Below are positions 1 to 8,692 of a stretch of DNA of 22,353 nt, in pieces (the stretch's first letter is position 1; each line of letters starts with the position of its first letter). The position numbers and the translations under genes were made by a program. The notes beneath the pieces are model-generated. The model saw nothing but the letters and a program-made list of their open reading frames with translations, did no database searches and had not been told where the DNA came from. The DNA is from Chiloscyllium plagiosum (Eukaryota). The DNA lies in NCBI RefSeq assembly GCF_004010195.1, contig NC_057757.1, positions 544,367-566,719 on the forward strand, in the 5' to 3' direction.

Positions 1-479
1 TTTACAAGGATGTTGCCAGGGTTGGAGGATCTGAGCTGCAGGGAGAGGCTGAACAGGCTGGGGCTGTTTTCCCTGGAGCGTCGGAGGCTGAGGGGTGACC
101 TTATAGAGGTTTACAAAATTATGAGGGGCATAGATAGCGTAAATAGACAAAGTCTTTTCCTGAAGGTTGGGGAGTCCAGAACTAGAGGGCATAGGTTTAA
201 AGTGAGAGAGGAAAGATATAAAAGAGACCTAAGGGGCAACTTTTTCACTCAGAAAGTGGTATGCGTATGGAATGAGCTGCCAGAGGATGTGGTAGAGGCT
301 GTTACAATTGCAGCATTTAAGAGGCATTTGGATGGGTATATGAATAGGAAGGGTTTGGAGGGATATGGGCCGGATGCTGGCAGGTGGGACTAGATTGGGT
401 TGGGATATCTGGTTGGCATGGACGGGTTGGACCGAAGGGTCTGTTTCCGTGCTGTACATCTTTATGACTCTATGACTCT
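1..479 (+). mobile_element. CR1-clade LINE (HER1-like) 3' end, young copy, running off the window start
   Basis: ORF 10..393 reads as the CR1 ORF2 C-terminus (RLNRLGLFSLERRRLRGDLIEVYKIM...TRGHRFKV...FFTQKVVCVWNELP). It is followed by a 3' UTR (gggttggaccgaagggtctgtttccgtgctgta) and a (TATGACTC)2 tail ending at about 479. Confidence 0.93.
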
Positions 480-819
480 TTACCTGTTCCCTTTTATCTA
501 TCCTGCTTGTCATTTCCTCAAAGAATTCCAATACATTTGTCAAACATGACTTTCATGAGCCCTTTATGAAGCCATGCTCACTCTGCTTATTCATATTATG
601 TATTTCTGAATCTCTGCCATCACTTCCTTTATAATGGCCTCGAACATTAACCCAGTGATGTGTTAAGCTAATTAGTTACTCGGCCTATAGTTACCTGATA
701 TCTCTCTCCCGCCCCTTTTGAATAAGCATGTTATATTGGCAAATTTCCAATTCTCTGGAATCTAAGGATTATTGAAAGATTTCTACCAGTTCGTTCAGTA
801 CCTCATCTACTGTAGGATG
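480..819 (-). mobile_element. Older CR1 LINE, RT-domain fragment (part 1 of an interrupted copy)
   Basis: The minus strand gives frameshifted CR1 RT motifs: ELVEIFQ..PENWKFANITCLFKK..GNYRP..HGFIKG..SCLTNVLEFFEEMTSRIDK. Confidence 0.85.
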
Positions 820-1170
820 GGGAGGGAATGGCCTACTGGTATTACTGCTAGATTATTAATCTGGAGACCCAGGTATTGCTCTGGGGACCCGAGTTTGAAT
901 TGCGCCATAGCGAATGATGGAATCTGAGTTCAATAATAATAAGTATTGTCAACTGTTTGAAAAACCCATCTGGTTCACTGATGTCCTTCAGGGAAGGAAA
1001 CTGCCATCCTCACCTGGTCTGGCCTACATGTGACTCCAGACCCACAGCAGTTGACTCTCAACTGCCCTCTGAAGTGGCCTAGCAAGGCAGTCATTTCAAA
1101 GGTAGCTAGGGATAGACAGTAATGTTGGCCAATCGGTGTCGCCCATGTCTCACAGGTGAATAAATAAAAA
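820..1170 (+). mobile_element. tRNA-derived SINE, near full length
   Basis: tRNA-like head (TGGCCTACTGGT A-box-like; GAGTTTGAATT B-box-like). The body (aaacccatctggttcact...gggaaggaaactgcc...ggcctacatgtgactccaga) recurs at about 4025-4130. It ends in an A-rich tail GAATAAATAAAAA and is flanked by AGGATG at 814-819 and 1170-1175 (possible TSD). Confidence 0.85.
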
Positions 1171-1770
1171 GGATGCATGCAACCCATCTGGTCCATGGAA
1201 CATATTGGCTTGTGATTCCGTAGCACTTTTGTCTTAAGTGATAGTTTTTGCGTTTATTTCCTCTCCATGCCCTCCCCCTCTCATCCTTAGTTTCCTTGAT
1301 TATTTTTGTATTTTTAAAATGCTGTTAGTGTCCTGTGCAGTAAAGAGGGTTACTCTTCGGAGGGTCGGTGTGGACGGGTTGGGCCGAAGGGCCTGTTTCC
1401 ACACTGTAGGGAATCTAATCTAATCTAATCTAATCAATTCTTCTGCCATTTCCTGGCTCCCCATTATTATGTCCCCAGCCTCATTCTCTGTATTCTTTAG
1501 GCCTTTCTCTTCTTAGTTATATATTTAAAGAAGCTCTTACTGTCTGATATTATAATACTTGCTAGTTTGACTTCAAAGTTTATTTTCTCCCTCTTTTTTG
1601 TCCTTCATCATCTTTTAAAATTTTACCCATTGTCTGGTTGCCATTAACATTTGCCACATTGTTTGGCACATTTTTCTTTCAATGTAGTACGTTCTTTATT
1701 CCCCTGGTTGGTTTATCCCTTTCCTAAAGGCCTCCTTCCTCACTAGGATGTATCTTTGCTGTGAATCATA
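1171..1770 (-). mobile_element. Older CR1 LINE, part 2 (region upstream of RT), itself interrupted at 1347-1435
   Basis: The minus strand gives FEVKLASII.SDSKSFFKYITKR, GDIIMGSQEMAE and GPDGLH, collinear with part 1 once the SINEs are removed. The right boundary is approximate. Confidence 0.75.
1347..1435 (+). mobile_element. 5'-truncated HE1-like SINE 3' tail
   Basis: gggttactcttcggagggtcggtgtggacgggttgggccgaagggcctgtttccacactgtaggg followed by a (AATCT)n tail. The 3' end is similar to the CR1 UTR at 420-455. Confidence 0.8.
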
Positions 1771-2486
1771 AAGTTGTGAGCTTTGTTTTCAAGGCATTGC
1801 TGCAGCTGCCTAATTACAAATGGCTGAAACTGGAGCCTCATTAACTTTTAAATGAAAACTAATTCCATTTTAGGGATTGAAGATGAGTGAATCAGAGGTT
1901 TTGAGAAGGCAGGGAGCTATGAGGATATTGATTCACAGAGGGTGGGGGTATACGGACTAGTTGAAGACAGGAGACTCGATGATGTAACATATTACCATTC
2001 CAAGTGTGAACTTGGTGGTGAGGAGAGCAGGCTTCTCCTGGGGCTGAATGGCCACCATAAGTGGCTCCCTGTTTTTCGATAGTCCATGCAAAGGAGCCCA
2101 GTATCTCAGCACAGTTTGTGGTACCACACAAGGCAAGAGTTTAAGATAGTTCATTATTAGAACTCAATTGTAATTTTGGCCATCTTCAGCACACTACCAG
2201 TAGCACTGTGGGAGGTTGCTGTGTGTGTCAACATAACAGGCCCCAGCCACACATTACACTCAAGAGTTAGTGGGCAGCAGTAGGTGCTGACATTCCCACT
2301 AATTACCTCATTAGCTCAGTTGTCTAGATGCCTTGAATGTGCTGATTCAATGACCATGTCACTGAGAGAACTGTTATCATCCAAACTTTCATTATTCCCA
2401 ACAGAAGTAGCATTGACACAACCGTGGTTAGCAGCTTTCAGAGGAGACATAGACATTCCCAATGGGGGAGCAGACCCGCCGGGCCT

Positions 2487-3126
2487 ACAGAGGGTCAGTG
2501 CTGAGGGAGTGCCGCACTGTCAGAGGGTCAGTGCTGAGTGAGCGCTGCACTGTCGGAGGGTCAGTGCTGAGGAAGTGGGCACTGTCGGAGGGTCAGTGCC
2601 GAGTGAGCGCCGCACTATCGAGGGGTCAGTGCTGAGGGAGCGAGCACTGTCGGAGAGTCAGTGCTGAGGGAGTGCCGCACTATCGGAGGGTCAACGCTGA
2701 GGGAGCGCCGCACTGTCAGAGGGTCAGCGCTGAGGGAGCGCCACACTGTCGGAGGATCAGTGCTGAGGGAGCACTGTACTGTCAGAGGGTCAGAGGGAGC
2801 GCCGCATTGTCAGAGGGTCAGTACTGAGGGAGTGGGCACTGTCGGAGGGTCAGTGCTGAGGGAGTGCCACACTGTCGGAGGGTCAGTGTTGAGGGAGCGC
2901 CACACTGTCGGAAGGTCGTGCTGAGGGAGTGGGCACTTTCAGAGGGTCAGTGCTGAGGGACCGCCACACTGTCGAAGGGTCGTGCTGAGAGAGTGGGCAC
3001 TGTCGGAGGGTCAGTGCTGAGGGAGTGTCACACTGTCGGAGGGTCAGTGCTGAGGGAGTGGGCACTGTCGGAGGGTCAGTGCTGAGGGAGCGCCGCACTG
3101 TCGGAGGGTCAGTGCTGAGGGAGTGC
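2487..3126. repeat. 32-33-bp minisatellite (CACTGTCGGAGGGTCAGTGCTGAGGGAGYGCCG), about 19-20 copies
   Basis: Tandem units are directly visible. They explain the repetitive ORFs 2661..2924 and 2883..3242. Confidence 0.95.
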
Positions 3127-3409
3127 ATTATTGCAGAGATTGTGATCAAGTCCTGATTTTGAATGAAGCATGAGTTTTGACCAGAGTTGGGGTGATTCTG
3201 CTTCTCTTCCCTGAGGGAGTTTAAACACTGGTTAGGCTTCAATGCTAACCTCGCTCCTGTGATTGCAGGAATCCTCGGATTTGAACAAGTGTCTATTTCA
3301 AGCGGTTGCCTGCTTTACAATTCCCCCTCACACCTGGCTCTGTTATCCGCCCTCTCGTCATGACTGACTCGATGGAGTTTGCATCTGGTATTTAGATGCA
3401 AGTTCCAAT

Positions 3410-3626
3410 CTCATAAGCACCTAGAAAAAGCAGAGGCCTTTCTACCCCTCTGGCCTGCTGCACAATCCAATACGGTCAGGATTGATTGTGAACCTCAACT
3501 CCACCTTTTCACAACCCTCTCAGTTCCAGTCGAGTTAAAAATCTATTGACCTCAGGCTTGAACACACTCCATGACGAGACAGACTCAGCCCTCTTGAGTA
3601 GAGAATTCCAAAGAACACAACTCTCC
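3410..3626 (-). mobile_element. Degenerate CR1 3'-end fragment
   Basis: aggcct...ggcctgct...acctcaactccac...aaaaatctat...gtagagaattccaaaga resembles the reverse complement of a CR1 ORF2 end plus 3' UTR (GGAATTCTCTAC, the WNSLP region). Confidence 0.65.
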
Positions 3627-3712
3627 ATTACTTAATGGATATGATGCTACATTAATGCAGAACAGGAGGCAACAGTCTACTGATATTATCACTGGACTAT
3701 TAATCCAGCAAC

Positions 3713-3922
3713 TGCTGAAAATGTGTTGCTGGAAAAGCGCAGCAGGTCAGGCAGCATCCAAGAAGCAGGAGAATCGACATTTCGGGCATGAGCCCTTCCT
3801 GAAGAAGGGCTCATGCCCGAAATGTCGATTCTCCTGCTCCTTGGATGCTGCCTGACCTGCTGCGCTTTTCCAGCAACACATTTTCAGCTCTGATCTCCAG
3901 CACCTGCAGTCCTCACTTTCTC
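3713..3922 (+). mobile_element. Non-autonomous palindromic derivative of a Penelope-like element terminal repeat
   Basis: 85-bp inverted arms at 3714-3798 and 3804-3888 with one mismatch, plus a 34-bp 3' extension. Perfect 16-bp TSD CTATTAATCCAGCAAC at 3697-3712 and 3923-3938. The sequence matches the termini of the PLE remnants at 9590-9668 and 14158-14282. Confidence 0.88.
3797..3828 (+). ncRNA. Minimal type I hammerhead ribozyme motif of PLE type (activity unknown)
   Basis: CTGAAGA (3799-3805) - A - stem II GGGC/TCAT/GCCC - GAAA - TG - TC, with a 2-bp stem I (TC/GA). This fits the CUGANGA...GAAA...UH core known from Penelope-like element termini. Confidence 0.65.
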
Positions 3923-4259
3923 CTATTAATCCAGCAACCCAGGTAATGTTCCAAGAGCCCAGGTTCGAACACCACCACAGCAAAATTTAAAAGTGTATTG
4001 AAGGCCATGTCAGCTGTTGGAAGACCCCATCTGGTTCACTCATGTCTTTCAGGGAAGGAAACTGCTGTCCTTTCCTGGTGTGGCCTACATGTGACTCCAG
4101 ATCCATAGAAGTGTGGTTGACTCTTAACTGTGTTGGCCGAGCCAGTGTCACCCTCATCCTGTCAATGAATAAAAAAAGAGGACATTCAACCCAGTCTTTG
4201 AAAGATCTGTCCAATTTGTCTCCCTCTCCATTGTCTGGCAAATGCTGTTCTTTTCAAGA

Positions 4260-5230
4260 ATGGAATTTAATCCTGAAAAAAAGTGTGGGGCAGTGTATTT
4301 TGGGAGAATGAACAAGATAAGGGAGTACACACTGAATGTGAACAGCCTCGGATATAAAAAGGATCAGCGGGATCTTGCTGTGCACATCAATAGATCCTCA
4401 TAGGCAGCAGCACAGGGAGCTAAGGTGGTTCAGGAAGGCACAGGGGACACTTGTCTTTATTAATCAAGACATGGGGGTTATGATGGAGCTGTATACAACG
4501 TTAGTTAGGCCCCAGCTGGAGTACCGTGTGCAGTTCTGGTCCCCACACTGTAGGAAGGGTGGGATTGCACTGGAGAGGGTGCAGAGGAGATTCACCTGGA
4601 TATTCCCAGGGCTGGAGCTAATAGGCCGGAGCCAATCAGGGATGAAGAGAGGCCGGAGCCAATCAGTGATGAAGGGAGGCCGGAGCCAATCAGTGATGAA
4701 GGGAGGCCGGAGCCAATCAGGGATGAAGGGAGGCCAGAGCCAATCAGGGATGAAGGGAGGGCGGAGCCAATCAGGGATGAAGGGAGGACGGAGCCAATCA
4801 GGGATGAAGGGAGGCTGGGGAAGCTGAGAAGGCATTGGTGAGGGGTCATGGTGGTTGGGGGTGTGCTGACTAAGGGGTATAAAGATCGAAGGTGTACAAA
4901 GCAGGATGGATAGGGAGAAATGTTTCCCCTTTGTAGAGGAGTCAGTAACCAGGTGATGGTATAGTTTGAAGGTAAGGAGCAGGAGGTTTAGGGGGCTTCT
5001 AAGGAATTTGTTTTTCACTCAGACAGTGGTAGGGATCCAGAACTCACTTCCTGAAAGGGCAAGAGAGGCAGGAACCCTCACGGCGTTTGAGAAGTATTTA
5101 GATGAGCACTCGAAATGCCAAAGAGTACAAAATTAGAGGCCAAATGCTGGAAAAGGGAATTAGCATCAAGACACTTGGTGACCAGCACAGACACAGTGGG
5201 TTGAAGGGTTCTTTCCTGTGCTGTTAGAAA
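4260..5230 (+). mobile_element. Degenerate CR1 LINE 3' portion containing an internal minisatellite
   Basis: Translation gives MELYTTLVRPQLEYRVQFWSPHCRKGGIALERVQRRFT. Further downstream are FFTQTVVGIQNSLP-like sequence and a UTR-like end (gggttgaagggttctttcctgtgctgt). Confidence 0.85.
4624..4815. repeat. 27-bp minisatellite GGCCGGAGCCAATCAGGGATGAAGGGA x7
   Basis: CCAAT starts at 4632, 4659, 4686, 4713, 4740, 4767 and 4794, an exact 27-bp period. Confidence 0.97.
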
Positions 5231-5261
5231 TTCTTGAAGATGCCACCAGGCCAGCCACAAT

Positions 5262-5505
5262 AGTTCCACCTGTCAAGAAAATTCTCTTCATCTCTCCCTT
5301 CAATCCTTTTGCCAATCTGTGCCTCCCTGGTTACAGACCGTCCTGTCACTGGGAGGTTTCTCCTCATTTACCCTATCAAACCCCATCATCATCTTAAATG
5401 CCTCAATTAAATTTCCATTTGAACTTTCTCCGCTTTGAGGACCACAATCCCAGACACAATTCCAGTTTCTCCACATTAATTGAAGTCCTTCAGATATTAT
5501 TAAAT
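5262..5505 (-). mobile_element. Older CR1 fragment, continuing at about 6250-6385 after the plus-strand CR1 insertions
   Basis: tttaccctatcaaacccc...cttaaatgcctcaattaaat...acaatcccag is the reverse complement of the LG.F.LE.RR.RGDLIE.FKI region. 6250-6385 (acaatactcc...tgatttataaa) supplies the upstream LYKSL.RP.LEYC segment. Confidence 0.65.
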
Positions 5506-5992
5506 TGGAGAGGGTGCAGAGAAGATTTATAAGGACGTTACTGGAACTGGAGGGTTGATTTATAAGGAGAATCTAAATTGACTGGGGCTCTTTACCCTGG
5601 AGCGTAGGAGATTGAAGGTGACTTTATACAGATTTATAAAATCATGAAGGGCACGGATAAGATCAATAGCCAAGGTCTGTTCCCAGGGTAACAGAGTCCA
5701 AAGCTAAAGGACATAAGTCTAAGATAAGAGGAGAAAGATTTAAAAGAGACCTAAGGGACAACATTTTCACGCAGAGGGTGGTGTGTGTATGGACTGAGCT
5801 GCCAGAGGAAGTGGTGGAGGCTGGTACAATTACAACATTTAAAAGGCATCTGAATGGGTATATGAATAGGAAGGGTTTGGAGGGATATGGGCCAAGTGCT
5901 GACAAATGGGACTAGATTGGGTTGGGATATCTGGTCGGCATGGATGGGTTGGACCGAAGTATGTGTTTCCGTGCTGTACGTCTCTATGACTG
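5506..5992 (+). mobile_element. CR1/HER1-like LINE, 5'-truncated
   Basis: Highly similar to 1-479, from LERVQRRF through the UTR and the CTCTATGACT tail. Confidence 0.9.
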
Positions 5993-6252
5993 ACTCGAAA
6001 GGGCATGGGTTTAAGATGAGAGAGGAAAGATTTAAAAGGGAACTGAGGGGCACCTTTTTCACACACAGGGGATTATGTATATGGAAATGATAGACGCAGA
6101 TACAATCACACCTTTTAAAAGACATTTGGACAGGTACATGAATAGGGAAGTTTTAGAGGGATATGGGCCAAATGCAGGCAAATATGATTAATTGAGTTTG
6201 GGAAACTTGGTTGGCATGGGCTGTAGGGTCTGTTTCTTGCTGTGTAACTCCT
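5993..6252 (+). mobile_element. Second, more diverged CR1 3'-end fragment
   Basis: gggcatgggtttaagatgagagaggaaagatttaaaaggg...ttttaaaagacatttggacaggtacatgaatagg... followed by a UTR. Confidence 0.82.
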
Positions 6253-6535
6253 CTCAAAGCTCTTTAAGGATGTCAAATTCCTTCCTAAAGGTTTTCACCC
6301 ACTGTTGAAGACAATACTCCCGCTGGGAGGTCATTAGTGATTTATAAAAGGATTAGCATCACTGCGTTTGCTTTTGCATATTTGTAAAGTCAAGGATCAC
6401 TGTACAGACTCCACAACTAGTTCAAAGCCTGGCAGACAAGTATCTCCATTTCTGAGGGGCAGAAACCAATCCCATTTTGTAGAATAATGATTAGATAAAT
6501 ATTTGGAAGGTAAAATATTTAAATGTTTTAAAACA

Positions 6536-6766
6536 GGGGAGGCAGTGACCTAATGGTAATATCTCTGGAACAGTAGTCCAGAATCCCAGGCTGATGTTCT
6601 AGACTCAACATTAGCCTGTTCTCTCTCCATGGAAGCTGCCTGACCCACTGTGATCTCCAGTGTTTTTGGTTCTCAGTTCAGATTCCAGCATCTGCAGTCA
6701 TTTGCTCCTATAGTGTACCGGGGAGGGTTTCATATTCACCACAGCAGAAGTTTGAAGTCAATTAAA
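6536..6766 (+). mobile_element. 5' part of the tRNA-derived SINE family, split by a PLE-terminus fragment (about 6604-6710)
   Basis: Head ggggaggcagtgacctaatggtaatatctctgg...cccaggctgatgttctag. Insert ...ctctccatggaagctgcctgacccactgtgatctccag...ttccagcatctgcagtc. The SINE resumes at ggtttcatattcaccacagcag...gtcaattaaa. Confidence 0.65.
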
Positions 6767-6955
6767 CTTCACAGGGGCTGCAGGGAGTTCCGGGTGGGGG
6801 TTCAAGGGTGGTCTTGGGGGGTGGGGAATTGGGGTGGGGGGTGGTGGATGTGCGGCAGCAAGTTAGCAGTGACTTTGAGATAGACATAAGACTTTAACAT
6901 ACAGATGTCTCCCTTTCCTCCTGGCTCTGTTCCTTGTATTTCAGCTTCTGCTTTT

Positions 6956-7455
6956 NNNNNNNNNNNNNNNNNNNNNNNNNNNNNNNNNNNNNNNNNNNNN
7001 NNNNNNNNNNNNNNNNNNNNNNNNNNNNNNNNNNNNNNNNNNNNNNNNNNNNNNNNNNNNNNNNNNNNNNNNNNNNNNNNNNNNNNNNNNNNNNNNNNNN
7101 NNNNNNNNNNNNNNNNNNNNNNNNNNNNNNNNNNNNNNNNNNNNNNNNNNNNNNNNNNNNNNNNNNNNNNNNNNNNNNNNNNNNNNNNNNNNNNNNNNNN
7201 NNNNNNNNNNNNNNNNNNNNNNNNNNNNNNNNNNNNNNNNNNNNNNNNNNNNNNNNNNNNNNNNNNNNNNNNNNNNNNNNNNNNNNNNNNNNNNNNNNNN
7301 NNNNNNNNNNNNNNNNNNNNNNNNNNNNNNNNNNNNNNNNNNNNNNNNNNNNNNNNNNNNNNNNNNNNNNNNNNNNNNNNNNNNNNNNNNNNNNNNNNNN
7401 NNNNNNNNNNNNNNNNNNNNNNNNNNNNNNNNNNNNNNNNNNNNNNNNNNNNNNN
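6956..7455. other. Assembly gap (500 N)
   Basis: Run of exactly 500 N. Confidence 1.
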
Positions 7456-8059
7456 CTACTCTGTCAACTTCATGCTACATCGCTGCATCTCAAAGAATGA
7501 TATTGTCAATTCTAATTATCATAGAGGGAATGAGAATATGACGTGTGGCTGTGTCGGAATGAAAGTGATGTACGCTGGTCTGGAGTGTTTACTGGGAGCA
7601 AGAGGCTGATGTGGAGACGATGTGATCAAAAACAGCTCTTACTGTCAAAGTAACAAAACAGCGCATTGTTTAGGAAAATTGCAGAGAATGCTTTCAATTA
7701 ATCGACCTCTCGCTGAAGGCTCCAGCACGCTTCAGCTGAGACAATCTATAGTGCGGGTTAATGCTGGGGTTGTATCCTAATACAACAATTATGCTCTTCG
7801 TCCCCACCATTGACCAGGAACACTCCCAGCTTTGGAATTTCTTGCGCCTCTGTGCCGTCATAGAAGAACCACGTGCTCACCTTCAAGCCAATCAATCCAT
7901 TTCGATACCGTGGTTGTGAGATCAATTCTCATGAAGCAGCTTTTACCACATGGACCAGAGATTATTAGAACATCAGGCTGTGGAAAAGGACACAGGGCAC
8001 CACTGACGAAAAGAACATTTATTCGATAATACCTCTGTCTGTGGACTTCTACATCATTT

Positions 8060-8560
8060 ATTTCAATTGCTCATTTAGCTCTGTCTTGTCTATTGTGTGC
8101 AGTTCTGCAATTCGCTTTATAACACGGATATGATAGCACTGGAAATGATGCAGGAGAGATTTACCAGGATATTGTCTGGTAGAAGAGTTTCAGTTATGAA
8201 GAGAAATTGGACAGACTGGAGACGTTTTTCTTAGAGTCGCAGAGATTGAGAGGAAACATGATTGAAATGTATAAAATAATCAGGAATATGGATGGCGTAC
8301 ACTGAAATCAATGGTTCTCTTTGATGGTGAGATCGATCACGAGGGGAGGGGCCGGGTGGAATAGATTTAAGGATAGAAGAGGAAAGATTTGAGTGAATGT
8401 GCAGACAAATGTTTTGAAACAGCGGTGGGTCGAAATCTGGAACTCAGTGCGTGCAAAGGTGGCAGAGGCAGAAATCCTCAGAACTTTCAGAAGTTTTCAG
8501 ATATGAATTTGTGATGCCAAGACAGACAAGGCAAGAGGCCAAGTAATTTTAAAAAGTGTT
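8060..8560 (+). mobile_element. Highly degenerate CR1 3' portion
   Basis: YCVQFC..DMIALE..QERFTRIL..FSYEEKLDRL..FFLESQRLRGNMIEMYKIIR and VEIWNS motifs. Confidence 0.8.
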
Positions 8561-8607
8561 CGGATATTTAAGCGAATGTTACTTTCCAGTATTAACAAAT
8601 AGGCTTC

Positions 8608-8680
8608 TTTTTGCATACAATTCCTGGGTAGTACCACCGTCTGTCACTGTGTGAGGTCGGGTTCAATTCGCTACCAGGAC
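8608..8680 (+). pseudogene. Possible degenerate tRNA-Asp(GTC) pseudogene
   Basis: TGGgtAGTAccaCCGtCTGTCAC...GGGTTCAATTC resembles vertebrate tRNA-Asp (TGGTTAGTATCCCCGCCTGTCAC...GGGTTCRATTC). The acceptor and D stems are broken. Confidence 0.45.
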
Positions 8681-8692
8681 AATCGCTTGCAC

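Larger units (their letters stand above)
3664..4177 (+). mobile_element. tRNA-derived SINE (same family as 820-1170), interrupted by an insertion at 3713-3922
   Basis: Head ggaggcaacagtctactgatattatcactggactattaatccag...cccaggtaatgttcc...GGTTCGAAC (B box). Same body as 820-1170; tail GAATAAAAAAA. Confidence 0.87.

Noticed and set aside
1892..2154. Overlapping short minus-strand ORFs in non-repetitive-looking sequence, as a possible exon
   Set aside because: No recognisable domain in any frame and no convincing splice context.
2661..3242. Repetitive ORFs (TVGGSVLRE.. and STDPPTV..)
   Set aside because: Translations of the 32-33-bp minisatellite; the mixed unit lengths break the frame.
3714..3888. 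DNA-transposon MITE or pre-miRNA
   Set aside because: The arms match PLE termini elsewhere in the window, the 3' extension is asymmetric, and a 16-bp TSD is longer than typical for cut-and-paste transposons. There is no evidence for miRNA processing.
4464..5018. 184-aa ORF with PPFIPDWLR repeats, plus overlapping 150-aa and 85-aa ORFs
   Set aside because: A 27-bp repeat stays open in several frames; the flanks are CR1 sequence.
6905..7609. Longest ORFs in the track (234 and 188 aa)
   Set aside because: Artefacts of reading through 500 N.
7845..7940. Possible tRNA 3'-half relic (ggttgtgagatcaattctca)
   Set aside because: Only a weak T-arm-like match, with no assignable 5' half or anticodon arm.
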